This document shows positions 1 through 7,738 of a stretch of 29,501 nt of DNA, one piece after another (position 1 is the first letter of the stretch; each line of letters begins with the position of its first letter). The notes beneath the pieces are model-generated. The model saw nothing but the letters and a program-made list of their open reading frames with translations, did no database searches and was not told the origin of the DNA. The stretch covers positions 1 to 29,501 of the IMG/VR virus record IMGVR_UViG_3300011437_000308; one strand, 5' to 3'. The stretch comes from a virus. Lineage: Duplodnaviria > Caudoviricetes. The translations under genes were made by a program, and so were the position numbers.

Positions 1-182
1 ACGTACAACGCGAGCCCAATGAGGAGCCCCGGCCACAGCCACGGATAGGCCATACACCACAGCCCCGTAAGGATCATGCCCAACAGATCCCAGATAAAGA
101 AATTCCTGGATACCCCTGCGATCAGTTGTGGCTGTGTGAGGCTCTGGTACAGTGGGGCCGAAAAACCGGGGATGTCACTCAT
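1..182 (-). CDS. trbD: Type IV secretion protein TrbD/VirB3 family (runs off the left edge)
   Basis: Not in the ORF track. Manual translation from ATG at 182 gives MSDIPGFSAPLYQSLTQPQLIAGVSRNFFIWDLLGMILTGLWCMAYPWLWPGLLIGLALY, matching the TrbD N-terminal pattern (IPGF..P.H.SLT.P.L..G..R) followed by hydrophobic segments. ATGA overlap with the pilin stop. Confidence 0.8.
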   Translation of the reverse strand, partial: MSDIPGFSAPLYQSLTQPQLIAGVSRNFFIWDLLGMILTGLWCMAYPWLWPGLLIGLALY

Positions 183-610
183 GCGCGCCCCCGCCGCGTG
201 AAGGGCAGGAGTACCCCGCCAAACAGCCAGGCCGCATACACCCCATGCCCGAGGAGTTCCCCTGCCAGGTCACTCAGGAATGTTGCGAGCGGCAGCCCGT
301 GCGCGACCACCACTGGCCACCCACCAGCCCCACCGCCAAAGAGTGTGACGGCCTTGGCTGCCCCCAGCGTCAGGCCGGTGCCAACGGCCGTGGTCATAAA
401 AACTTCTTTCCCGTGTTCATGGCCCATGCGATAGTTAATCCCCGCCCATGCCACGCCCACGGTACACGCGGACACCCCCGCTCCGCCAGTAATGCTACTC
501 GCCACCGTTTGCAAGGGGGATTCCCACGGCATTCCGGTAGATGCGAGGGCATAGCTTGCGAGGCCGGTGACTGCCAGCCCTGTGATCATTGCAATGTCTT
601 CCTTTGTCAC
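179..610 (-). CDS. trbC: Conjugative pilin, TrbC/VirB2 family
   Basis: Signal-like N-terminus ending ALA, then GMPWESPLQTVASSITG (typical TrbC MPWE.PL...SITG motif), two hydrophobic helices and a Gly-rich LFGGGAG. Lies directly upstream of trbD. Confidence 0.8.
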   Translation of the reverse strand: MTKEDIAMITGLAVTGLASYALASTGMPWESPLQTVASSITGGAGVSACTVGVAWAGINYRMGHEHGKEVFMTTAVGTGLTLGAAKAVTLFGGGAGGWPVVVAHGLPLATFLSDLAGELLGHGVYAAWLFGGVLLPFTRRGRA

Positions 611-1920
611 ATCGTACTCCTTGCGGCCCAGACCGCATTGTTCTTGTAGTAGGTCTTTGTCGCCAAGACCTTGTGCTGCCCCACGACCACGAGTGCCTGC
701 TCGCTCGGCAGATTCATGAGCGCAGTCGGCGAGAGCAGCGGCTCCTTCACTTTCTCTGTACTCCAGTTCCGTCCGATCTTGTGTTTCTTCTCCACCTCCG
801 TTTCGCCGACCCGTTGGCTAAAGGTTCTGGCTGCCGCATCATCCACGCTGAAGGCAATCTTGATCTCGCATCCATCAAAAAAAGGATGATGCTGTTGAAA
901 GGTGCGGATGACCTGCTCCATGCTTGCCGTGACCAACAGAAACCGCACGCCATACCCCGCCGCATAGGTCAGGCCATCGCTCACGGCGGTGATGCGATCT
1001 AGCAGCGGAAACTCATCGAGCAGCACCGCTAACTTCCATCTCCAGCCCTCCAGGTGTTGCGTGGCGTAATCAAGCAGTTGCCGTACCACGATGCGTGTCC
1101 AGGGTTTCACCCGCTCCCGATCACTCGGGGGAATCGTCAGGTAGAGACTCAGTGGCCTGGCCCGTTCCCGTAGATCCCGAAGCGTAAAGTCACTTGTGTC
1201 GGTGGCCCGTGCGATAAGCGGATCGGTATACAGGCGCAGTGCCCGGCTCAGGGTGGTGAGAATTCCACCTTTCTCGCCTTGCGGTCCGGCCTGGCGGAGC
1301 GCCCAGGCCGCGCGGTGAATTGCTGGATGGGGATAGTCGTGCATGGTCTTGAGGAGTCGATCAATATCCGTACTCACCAGGAGGCTATCGAGTGCCCCGA
1401 GCGACCGCGCCCGCTGGGTATACAACCCGTAGAGGACCAGTCCCACAAACCCCTCCGCCGCAAGGCCCGTGAAATGGCGCCCGGTATCACTCATGTGGTC
1501 CGTGCCTTTCTGCTCCACGTCGGTGATGCCCTCGGCAATCATCTGGGCCGCCCGGATTTCCCCCTCCTCCCCAATGGGAATCGCATCCAGTACGTTATAC
1601 CGCTGCGACAGCGAGGACGTAGGCGAGAGGCGCACGACTCGGGAGAATGTGCTGCGCCAGCCTGCGGAGAGGGGATGCAATTCGTCTTTTGGGTCCACCA
1701 CGAGAAAACTCTCCCGCCAGGTCAACAGGTTAGGCAGCACGAAGCAGGTGCTCTTGCCCTTGCGTGTCCCTGCCACGAGTAAGAGATGTGCCGGCCCGTT
1801 GTGGCGCAGCAGGCGCCGGCCCACGCGCCCCAGGATGAGCCCTTCGTCGGCAAAGAGGCCGGCCTTCCGCAGTTGGCGGGGGGTGCTCCACTGGGCGTGC
1901 GTCGACAGTGAGCCCCCCAT
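607..1920 (-). CDS. virD4: Type IV coupling protein, VirD4/TraG family (no N-terminal TM anchor from the likely start)
   Basis: HAQW..LRKAGL, Walker A AGTRKGKS, LPNLLTW, VVDPKDE, SDFTLRDLR, Walker B LLDEFP, AGYGVRFLLV, PLLSPTALMNLP. Likely start ATG 1920 (MGGSLS); the track start at 2010 overlaps the upstream gene. Confidence 0.88.
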   Translation of the reverse strand: MGGSLSTHAQWSTPRQLRKAGLFADEGLILGRVGRRLLRHNGPAHLLLVAGTRKGKSTCFVLPNLLTWRESFLVVDPKDELHPLSAGWRSTFSRVVRLSPTSSLSQRYNVLDAIPIGEEGEIRAAQMIAEGITDVEQKGTDHMSDTGRHFTGLAAEGFVGLVLYGLYTQRARSLGALDSLLVSTDIDRLLKTMHDYPHPAIHRAAWALRQAGPQGEKGGILTTLSRALRLYTDPLIARATDTSDFTLRDLRERARPLSLYLTIPPSDRERVKPWTRIVVRQLLDYATQHLEGWRWKLAVLLDEFPLLDRITAVSDGLTYAAGYGVRFLLVTASMEQVIRTFQQHHPFFDGCEIKIAFSVDDAAARTFSQRVGETEVEKKHKIGRNWSTEKVKEPLLSPTALMNLPSEQALVVVGQHKVLATKTYYKNNAVWAARSTM

Positions 1921-1922
1921 GA

Positions 1923-2144
1923 TCAGTACCCCCAATACCACAGGCGCGTCGCCCAATAGTGGACAAGATAGGCACTTGTGAGTGCGCACCCTTTCTTCCA
2001 TATCTCCCACAACCCAGGCACCATTTCCTCGCTGCCGGTGATCACCAATACCGACAGACCAAAAAGCAGCATGAGTGCCATCAGCCCTCCATGTGCGATG
2101 CGGTGTACTATCGGGATTCCTTCGAGATACTCAGAGTAATCCAT
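1923..2144 (-). CDS. Small membrane protein (73 aa, about two hydrophobic segments)
   Basis: MDYSEYLEG...LMALMLLFGLSVLVITG...LWYWGY; AAGGA RBS upstream; stop 2 nt before the virD4 ATG. Confidence 0.6.
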   Translation of the reverse strand: MDYSEYLEGIPIVHRIAHGGLMALMLLFGLSVLVITGSEEMVPGLWEIWKKGCALTSAYLVHYWATRLWYWGY

Positions 2145-2483
2145 TCTAAAACCGTCCTTTCGTTTGACGTTCCGCCGCTTGCACGCGGGCGACCATCTGT
2201 TCATGGCCCTGCTCCGCCTCGCGCCAGGTCTCATACCTGTCCTGTTCCTGATCACATACTCCTCCAAACACCATCGTCTCAAACAAGGCAACCGGCTGAT
2301 CGCCATACGAGACAGCCATTCCAAGAAAGACCGTACTGATGCGGATACCTGGCGTGACCCATGTCTCCGCCACGCGGCGGTTCGCAGTTTCGAACCATCG
2401 CGCCCATACGAAGACGTTTGCTTCACGCACAGGGATTGTTCCATCAAGGACATAGTGGTCCGACATCCTAAAACCGTCCTTTC
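2142..2483. repeat. Direct repeat of a gene-junction sequence (2142-2161 and 2464-2483)
   Basis: cat-N-ctaaaaccgtcctttc occurs twice (16 bp exact, 19/20 including the start codon); both upstream ORFs end KGRF*. Confidence 0.85.
2146..2466 (-). CDS. Conserved phage-type hypothetical protein
   Basis: ISTVFLG...LFETMVFGG..DQEQDRYETWREAEQGH resembles a recurrent small phage protein family (from memory); RBS and tight packing. Confidence 0.7.
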   Translation of the reverse strand: MSDHYVLDGTIPVREANVFVWARWFETANRRVAETWVTPGIRISTVFLGMAVSYGDQPVALFETMVFGGVCDQEQDRYETWREAEQGHEQMVARVQAAERQTKGRF

Positions 2484-2806
2484 TGTTTCGCAGGTTCCAT
2501 CCGTGAAAAGCCCGGTGGCAACATCCCACCGGGCACCCATCGCACAGTTCCCCAGCACAGCCCCCACCCGAGCACGAGTGCCATGCCCACGGCAGCGGGC
2601 GTGTACCACCATGGTCGCGTGACTGGCACGGGCGCCTTCAGTCGGTCCACCGCATCCGCTACGTCCTCCAGCCGCCGCGCCACCCCGGCAATGTCGGGCA
2701 CCGCGCGTTGCTCCAAGTGCGTGAGGATTTCGCCGTGATGGGTCAGCATCGCGCCCAGGTCATCGAGCGCCTCATTGATCGCCGTGAGGTCAGTAGCTGC
2801 GGCCAT
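2468..2806 (-). CDS. Coiled-coil protein with C-terminal TM segment (possible mobilisation accessory)
   Basis: MAAATDLTAINEALDDL..., hydrophobic AAVGMALVLGWGLCWG; overlaps the upstream stop. Confidence 0.6.
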   Translation of the reverse strand: MAAATDLTAINEALDDLGAMLTHHGEILTHLEQRAVPDIAGVARRLEDVADAVDRLKAPVPVTRPWWYTPAAVGMALVLGWGLCWGTVRWVPGGMLPPGFSRMEPAKQKGRF

Positions 2807-3392
2807 AGCCGTGCTCCTGTTGGGGCTGCTGTTTAGCCGCGAGTCGCTTGGCGATGCGGTCTTGTGCCCCAGAAAGCCTGCCCTCACTCCTGTGCTCTCG
2901 CCACTCCCCCAGCCCGTCGTATCCGATGTTCCGGCCCCACCCTGGAGACATCACCTCTCGCTCGATCTCGACGGGATCACCGTTGATCAGTGTTTCTTCT
3001 GGTGTGAGTGGCGGATAGATTTCTATTACAGGCTCTGGGTTGATGGCGCCATGCGTCTGTATCCATGCCACAAACTCTGGAGAAAGGTTCTCGGGGTCGA
3101 GTTCAGCTACGGTGCGCGATAAGGGCGTATTGAGAAATTCCTTCTCCTTCGCGTTGTAGTCGTCCCATAATTTGTCGTATACCACCGGATCATCGCCGTA
3201 TCCCATAGGTTCGGGACGCAAGCCGCTAAGCTCCTTGTCGCGGAGGTATTGCTGAAAGAGAGGAGCGTTGTCTACCTCCACGGCCCACTGCGCATTCTCA
3301 CGGATCTCCGCTGTCGTCTGCCGAAACGTCTCGACAGTGCGCTGCATCGCCGTTTTGGCTTCTTCAGCGTCCATAGCCTGTCCCTCGCTCAT
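2790..3392 (-). CDS. Hypothetical acidic protein downstream of the relaxase
   Basis: 200-aa ORF with protein-like composition, GAGGAG RBS, overlap with the relaxase end; C-terminus QEHGYGRSY resembles relaxase-type tails. Confidence 0.65.
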   Translation of the reverse strand: MSEGQAMDAEEAKTAMQRTVETFRQTTAEIRENAQWAVEVDNAPLFQQYLRDKELSGLRPEPMGYGDDPVVYDKLWDDYNAKEKEFLNTPLSRTVAELDPENLSPEFVAWIQTHGAINPEPVIEIYPPLTPEETLINGDPVEIEREVMSPGWGRNIGYDGLGEWREHRSEGRLSGAQDRIAKRLAAKQQPQQEHGYGRSY

Positions 3393-4491
3393 GTCCCCAC
3401 TCCTCTTCGCGTAAGTTCGCCCGCAACCCGGCCCCCACGCCCTCCGGTTCCCGGCGCGGCATGCGTGGGAGGTGCAGCGTGTGTTGTCGCCGGGTCAGGA
3501 TGCGCAGCTCCGTCTCTAGTGCCCGCCGCTCCGTCTCTCGAAGCGCCTGCACCCGCGTCGCCCGCTGTTGCCGCTGGGCCTGGGGGGAAGGGGAGCCCGG
3601 TGCCCACTGCCCCGGCTGGGTCCCGCGTGCCCGCGCCCGACTCTCGGCAAGAAATTGTGCGGGCGGGATCTGGGACACGTCGGTCATCCCGAGCCTGGCC
3701 TTCCGCAGTTCCCATCCCTCGGCTGCCAGGGCCTGCTCTTTCGCGGCATCGCGTGCCTGGCGGATACGGTCTCGCTCCGCCATGCCCCCAGGGTCCCTGC
3801 CAGGGCCCACCTTGGGCTCGGGCGGGCGGTCGATGTTGCGCGTATAGAGACTGCTGGGGTGGATACGGGCGGTCTCGCCTGCGCGTTCCAGGGTGTAGTT
3901 GGTCCAGTCGCACCAGGCCGCCCGTACCTCGAACACTGTAGACCGTTGTTTGAACCAGGGGTCCTTTTGGCATCCGCCCCGCTCCGGCTGTGATGGGTTA
4001 TACCGTTTGAAATAATGTGCCGGGGTCTGCCGTTCGATGCTATCGTGGCTGCGCTCGCTGAAGAGGACATGGATGTGGGGCTGATGTGCTCCCTCTGCCG
4101 TGATGGGGTCATGCATCACCCAGAGATACGCTTTGTTTCTCAGGTGCGTTGCCAAGAAGTCTCGCGCCAAGGCCAATTGCTCCTCCTGTGGCAATTCCTT
4201 GGGAAGTGCGAGTTGCCAGGTCGTCCCCCACCGCCCGTTGGCTTGCTCATACTGCTCGGCGTGTGCAAAGAAGGTAGCCGTACTCCCCTTGGCCCAGGCC
4301 GGGAGGTTGGCTGTCTCCTGATGTACCAGATCATCCCGCTCTGCTGTGGCCGCTGAGGTCCGGGTGAGATAGTCCACCCCGGCTTGCTTGGGCGCATACT
4401 GGCCATCGCGCGTGATATAGTTGATGACCCGCGTTGCCCCGCGCCCGCCTTGTACCTTGAGATGGTTGACGTGAAATCTGACCACTGCCAC
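3364..4491 (-). CDS. mobA: MobA/MobL family (MOBQ) relaxase
   Basis: Catalytic Tyr in NYITRDGQY, NLPAWA, FFAHAEQYEQANGR, ALPKEL, HUH motif HDP...QPHIHVLFSER, YFKRYNPSQPERGG, RAAWCDWTNYTLERAG..ARIHPSSL. Confidence 0.93.
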   Translation of the reverse strand: MAVVRFHVNHLKVQGGRGATRVINYITRDGQYAPKQAGVDYLTRTSAATAERDDLVHQETANLPAWAKGSTATFFAHAEQYEQANGRWGTTWQLALPKELPQEEQLALARDFLATHLRNKAYLWVMHDPITAEGAHQPHIHVLFSERSHDSIERQTPAHYFKRYNPSQPERGGCQKDPWFKQRSTVFEVRAAWCDWTNYTLERAGETARIHPSSLYTRNIDRPPEPKVGPGRDPGGMAERDRIRQARDAAKEQALAAEGWELRKARLGMTDVSQIPPAQFLAESRARARGTQPGQWAPGSPSPQAQRQQRATRVQALRETERRALETELRILTRRQHTLHLPRMPRREPEGVGAGLRANLREEEWGHERGTGYGR

Positions 4492-4508
4492 TCATATCCC
4501 CTACGAGA

Positions 4509-4542
4509 ACCTTCGTCATCGACGAAGGTGTTAGCGCGCTTG
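4509..4542 (+). other. oriT: Putative MOBQ oriT (predicted nic between 4538 and 4539 on the + strand)
   Basis: Perfect 9-bp inverted repeat ACCTTCGTC-ATC-GACGAAGGT followed by G-TTAGCGCG^CTTG, similar to the RSF1010/R1162 IR + TAAGTGCG^CCCT; immediately upstream of mobA in the RSF1010-like orientation. Confidence 0.65.
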
Positions 4543-4544
4543 TC

Positions 4545-4817
4545 TCACTTTCCCGCTTTTCCCTCACCCGTTTCCACCGCCGCCGCTTCGAGTCCAAGAT
4601 CCCGTGCCGCACGCCAACACATCGCGGCGATTTGCACGAGTTCTCCCCTCACCACACGGGGGTCACGGTCCGCCTGTTTCTTCCGTACCTCGCCCCACAG
4701 TTCATCCACTTCTTCGAGGATGACGGCATACGCCTCATGGAGGGAATGCATCGGCGGATGGAGCTGCACTGCTCGCACTACCTCATTGCATAGATCATGG
4801 AGAAAGTCGTGCGTCAT
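4545..4817 (-). CDS. MazG-like (all-alpha NTP pyrophosphatase fold) phage protein
   Basis: SLHEAYAVILEEVDELW...ELVQIAAM; ATGA-coupled to the upstream gene. Confidence 0.65.
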   Translation of the reverse strand: MTHDFLHDLCNEVVRAVQLHPPMHSLHEAYAVILEEVDELWGEVRKKQADRDPRVVRGELVQIAAMCWRAARDLGLEAAAVETGEGKAGK

Positions 4818-4999
4818 TCGAAGGTCTCCCCTAGATATTTCTCCGCCATCTGTCGCACGATGGCCCACTGTTTTGGACTGAGCGAGTACGGGCGATGCTT
4901 GAGGAGGTCCTCGATGAACCGCGCTTCCCAATCGCTGACCTCCTGCGCCCCCGCGTCAATGGCTTCTACATAGGCAAGGTAATCGTCAGGCATCGGCAC
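4814..4999 (-). CDS. Small phage-type hypothetical protein
   Basis: SDWEARFIEDL...LSPKQWAIV motif; coupled at both ends. Confidence 0.65.
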   Translation of the reverse strand: MPMPDDYLAYVEAIDAGAQEVSDWEARFIEDLLKHRPYSLSPKQWAIVRQMAEKYLGETFE

Positions 5000-5324
5000 G
5001 CTCCTCTGTCAGCCGACACATGTGCAGCAGCCGTGGACGGATGGCAGTCTCCGCGGGATCATCGGCGGCATCGAACAGGGCATGCATCGCCCCAACAGAG
5101 AGGCGTTGCTGGAGGGCCGCCTCCCTGGCCCATGAGCGAGCGTAGTACGTCCCTGAGTCGAGGGTGGCCTGCGCACTCACCGGGCACAACCGCCCTTGGT
5201 ATGCCCAGGCGCCTCCGCCACTGATCGATACGAGGTAGCCCTCCCGCGTCACCGTCCAGACAAACACCGTTCCGGCGCCTGCCGCAAACCGCGTCAACCA
5301 CTGCTCGACCTCGGGCGTCAGCAT
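4986..5324 (-). CDS. Hypothetical protein
   Basis: Likely start MLTPEVEQW at 5324 with AAGGAGAGG RBS; overlaps neighbours. Confidence 0.55.
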   Translation of the reverse strand: MLTPEVEQWLTRFAAGAGTVFVWTVTREGYLVSISGGGAWAYQGRLCPVSAQATLDSGTYYARSWAREAALQQRLSVGAMHALFDAADDPAETAIRPRLLHMCRLTEERADA

Positions 5325-5527
5325 GCGGCCTCTCCTTGCGCGATGTGCGCCTGTGCCCGGCGCACCGGCTCTTGCCAGGTGCCCATGTTGAGGCGCACGA
5401 CGGTGGCGGACGGGAGCCCCTCCGTTCGCACAAAATCTTTTTCCTTGGGCCATTTCCCTTCGCGGCGATGAAACTCCAGCACGGCCTCTATGATGCGGGT
5501 ATCCGTCCAAAACCGTTCAGCCGACAT
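5318..5527 (-). CDS. Homing-endonuclease-associated repeat (HNH_repeat-like) small DNA-binding protein
   Basis: WTDTRIIEAVLEFHRREGKWP...LPSATVVRLNMGTW matches the WT.E.II.....G..P....LPS......FGSW repeat. Confidence 0.65.
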   Translation of the reverse strand: MSAERFWTDTRIIEAVLEFHRREGKWPKEKDFVRTEGLPSATVVRLNMGTWQEPVRRAQAHIAQGEAAC

Positions 5528-5858
5528 CGGGCGGCTCCTCTGTCTCTGTGGGCACGCGCCCCTTGCGTTTGGCTTCGCGGAGCCCGAGCTTGAGCACCGC
5601 TTCGAGTTCCCCCAGGTCACAGACGTATTCCCCCCCCGCATGATCGCAGGTGAAGAGCCCCACGGACGCCACCACGTGGGCAATCTGTACGCAGGTGGCT
5701 TGGTAGTCACGCCGGGCGAGCTGCCGCAGCTTCTGCTCGGTGGACCGTAGTTGTGCTTTTTTGTCCTCCAGCAACTTACGAAGCTGGCCCTTCTTGTCCA
5801 GCGGTGCGTCCTCGCCGCTGGCGTGTGGTAGGTCGTCTCGCTCTTTAGGTGCGGCCAT
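5517..5858 (-). CDS. Coiled-coil protein, possibly TraD/MobS-like relaxosome accessory
   Basis: Basic coiled coil followed by RRDYQATCVQIAHVVASVGL, loosely like TraD RK.RTR.LIQLGGLV.KAGL; near a MOBQ relaxase. Confidence 0.45.
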   Translation of the reverse strand: MAAPKERDDLPHASGEDAPLDKKGQLRKLLEDKKAQLRSTEQKLRQLARRDYQATCVQIAHVVASVGLFTCDHAGGEYVCDLGELEAVLKLGLREAKRKGRVPTETEEPPDVG

Positions 5859-6120
5859 GCGTCCCTCCCCCGTGCTGGTGGTGTAAGGTGCCACAGTGGA
5901 CAATCGCTGTTTTGATCTGACGATAGAGCCGGGTCGGAAGCGTATGCGGATCACCAGCGGCGTGGGCCGCGAGAAGGATCGCGTCAATCGCGCCCTGCCC
6001 GGCCTCGCGGAGTTCGTGATAGGTGACATCCCCGCAGTAGCGCGGGTAGTAGTGGCGGGCAAGATGCTCACGCATCTGCACCACCTGACGAGGGGTCAAA
6101 CCTGGTATACTTCCAGCCAT
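5845..6120 (-). CDS. Hypothetical protein
   Basis: 91-aa ORF with GGAGG RBS; overlaps the next gene. Confidence 0.6.
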   Translation of the reverse strand: MAGSIPGLTPRQVVQMREHLARHYYPRYCGDVTYHELREAGQGAIDAILLAAHAAGDPHTLPTRLYRQIKTAIVHCGTLHHQHGGGTHGRT

Positions 6121-6157
6121 GGGACACCTCCCTTGGAACAGAAGGGGGGAGACTCAT

Positions 6158-6187
6158 GGAGGGGCGAACCGCACTCCTCGCCCCTCC
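6158..6187. other. Intergenic hairpin (10-bp stem)
   Basis: GGAGGGGCGA-N10-TCGCCCCTCC, with no U-tract. Confidence 0.6.
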
Positions 6188-6342
6188 GACGTACACTCTC
6201 ATCATCACACTACTGGACGACGGACACCCCCTATACGGCCAACCTCACATTGGGGTGATAGAGCGTGCGCTCCATCTAAGAAAGAGCAGCTAGGGTGCCC
6301 GTCGTCACACCTCATGACTCCTCGCCTCGCTGCGTCGCAAAC

Positions 6343-6642
6343 TCATAGAGCGCCCTCCCCTCGTGCCTGCGCCGCGCCCCTCCGCCCCGGCCTGGACTGG
6401 TCCATGAGCCCCGCCACCCCCTGCGCGAGAAACCGGCGCACCCATTTGTACACAAAGCGCCGGCTAATCCCCACCGTACGGGCCGTGGCACTCACCGACG
6501 CTCCGGCATCGAGCAGCAGCACGATCTGCCCCCGGCGCACCCGGCCCACTGGCATGCTCGGCGAGCGTTGCCAGTGCTCCAGCGTCTGGCGGTCCTGGGC
6601 GGTGAGGGAAACCTGGACCTCGGTGGTGCGTCCTCGGGCCAT
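6343..6642 (-). CDS. Stand-alone IS630-type helix-turn-helix protein
   Basis: LTAQDRQTLEHWQRS...RRGQIVLLLDAG.SVSATARTVGISRRFVYKWVRRF..QGVAGLMDQSRPGR; no DDE domain follows; TGATG-coupled to recT. Confidence 0.8.
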   Translation of the reverse strand: MARGRTTEVQVSLTAQDRQTLEHWQRSPSMPVGRVRRGQIVLLLDAGASVSATARTVGISRRFVYKWVRRFLAQGVAGLMDQSRPGRRGAAQARGEGAL

Positions 6643-7628
6643 CAGTCCTCCTCCCCGGCCTCGCGGGCCGCGCGCTCTTCCTCGTCAAACAGATTGCGCT
6701 CAGGGGACACCCAGGACGCTGTTCCGTCCCCCACGTCGGGGATATCGTCATCGGGGGGCTGTGCCTCTGCTGGGCGATCCTGGGTGGGACTCGGGGTATG
6801 CCCTATCGATGGCGTCATGATTACCGGAGGCCCGTAGAGTTCTTCGCTGAGCGTAGCCAGGGGCAGATGCCCTGCGAATCGTGGGGCAGCCCGTCGCGTG
6901 ATCGTCGCCTCCTCGCGGGACTGGTATAGCCCTTCTTCCGTCCGTAACGCCTCTGTGATATCCGCATCAAGAGAGAGATGCCTGGGGGAACACAGTTGTC
7001 GTAGGCAGGTTTTAAGAGCCATCTTATCAAAGTTTGTCAGGCCCTCTTTATCCGCATGGTTGTCGGCCCAAAAGGTACTCTTGGCACTTGCCGCATAGCG
7101 ATCCCGATGGCCCGCCACTTCTGCCTTGCTCATACTCACTACCCGCCAGAATCCCGACCGTAGATACGCCGCGGCGTAGTAGCCAATCGTCCGTCCTCGT
7201 GGCGCAAAACTTTCGGGCAGCCGATGGATTGGTAGCGACACGGGGCTCTCGGCCGGATGGTAGGTATCATTCTGACAGACCGCAGCCGTGAAAACATCGA
7301 CCACCTCAGGATTGCGAAGGACGAGTTTGCGCAACCCGCCATAGCCGACAATGAGAGAGGCTTCCTGTTTGTACGGCACAAGAAAACACTCGTTTGGTAC
7401 GGACGGATCGAGCCCTAGCCGTGCCATCCGCACCAGCGCATCTAGGATGCTCTCCTTGCTACAGGCTGCCAGTTGCGGGACCTTGCGGAATTGGTTGAGC
7501 GCAATAATCAAAAAGCGGTCGGCGACCTCTGCGCTGCCCATCAGGCGCCTGATGTGTGCCGGGGCCAGGGCAAACGCTTCGTCGAGGGGCGACTTCTTCT
7601 GGACGGCGGTGGATGCAGGCATGGACAT
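6642..7628 (-). CDS. recT: RecT family single-strand annealing protein
   Basis: PQLAACSKESILDALVRMARLGLDP, ECFLVPY, LIVGYGGLRKLV, GYYAAA, FDKMALKTCLRQL, acidic tail. Confidence 0.92.
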   Translation of the reverse strand: MSMPASTAVQKKSPLDEAFALAPAHIRRLMGSAEVADRFLIIALNQFRKVPQLAACSKESILDALVRMARLGLDPSVPNECFLVPYKQEASLIVGYGGLRKLVLRNPEVVDVFTAAVCQNDTYHPAESPVSLPIHRLPESFAPRGRTIGYYAAAYLRSGFWRVVSMSKAEVAGHRDRYAASAKSTFWADNHADKEGLTNFDKMALKTCLRQLCSPRHLSLDADITEALRTEEGLYQSREEATITRRAAPRFAGHLPLATLSEELYGPPVIMTPSIGHTPSPTQDRPAEAQPPDDDIPDVGDGTASWVSPERNLFDEEERAAREAGEED

Positions 7629-7664
7629 TTCTCCTTAGCATTGAGTGGGGCAATTCGCGTATAC

Positions 7665-7713
7665 TGTACAGCATTTTGCGGCACTCATCATTTCCCAGAG
7701 TGTACAGCATTTT
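7665..7713. promoter_or_regulatory. 13-bp direct repeats in the recT / RHH divergent promoter region
   Basis: TGTACAGCATTTT at 7665-7677 and 7701-7713; extended -10 TGGTAAAAT on the minus strand overlaps the second copy. Confidence 0.65.
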
Positions 7714-7738
7714 ACCATACACGACAACAGGAAAATAC

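Noticed and set aside
6241-6276. Alternative oriT candidate: imperfect palindrome GATAGAGCGTGCGCTCCATC containing GTGCGC
   Set aside because: Weaker match to the MOBQ IR+core layout than 4509-4542 and 1.7 kb from mobA; kept only as a possible operator.
6343-6642. Active IS630 element
   Set aside because: No catalytic DDE ORF or terminal repeats are visible.
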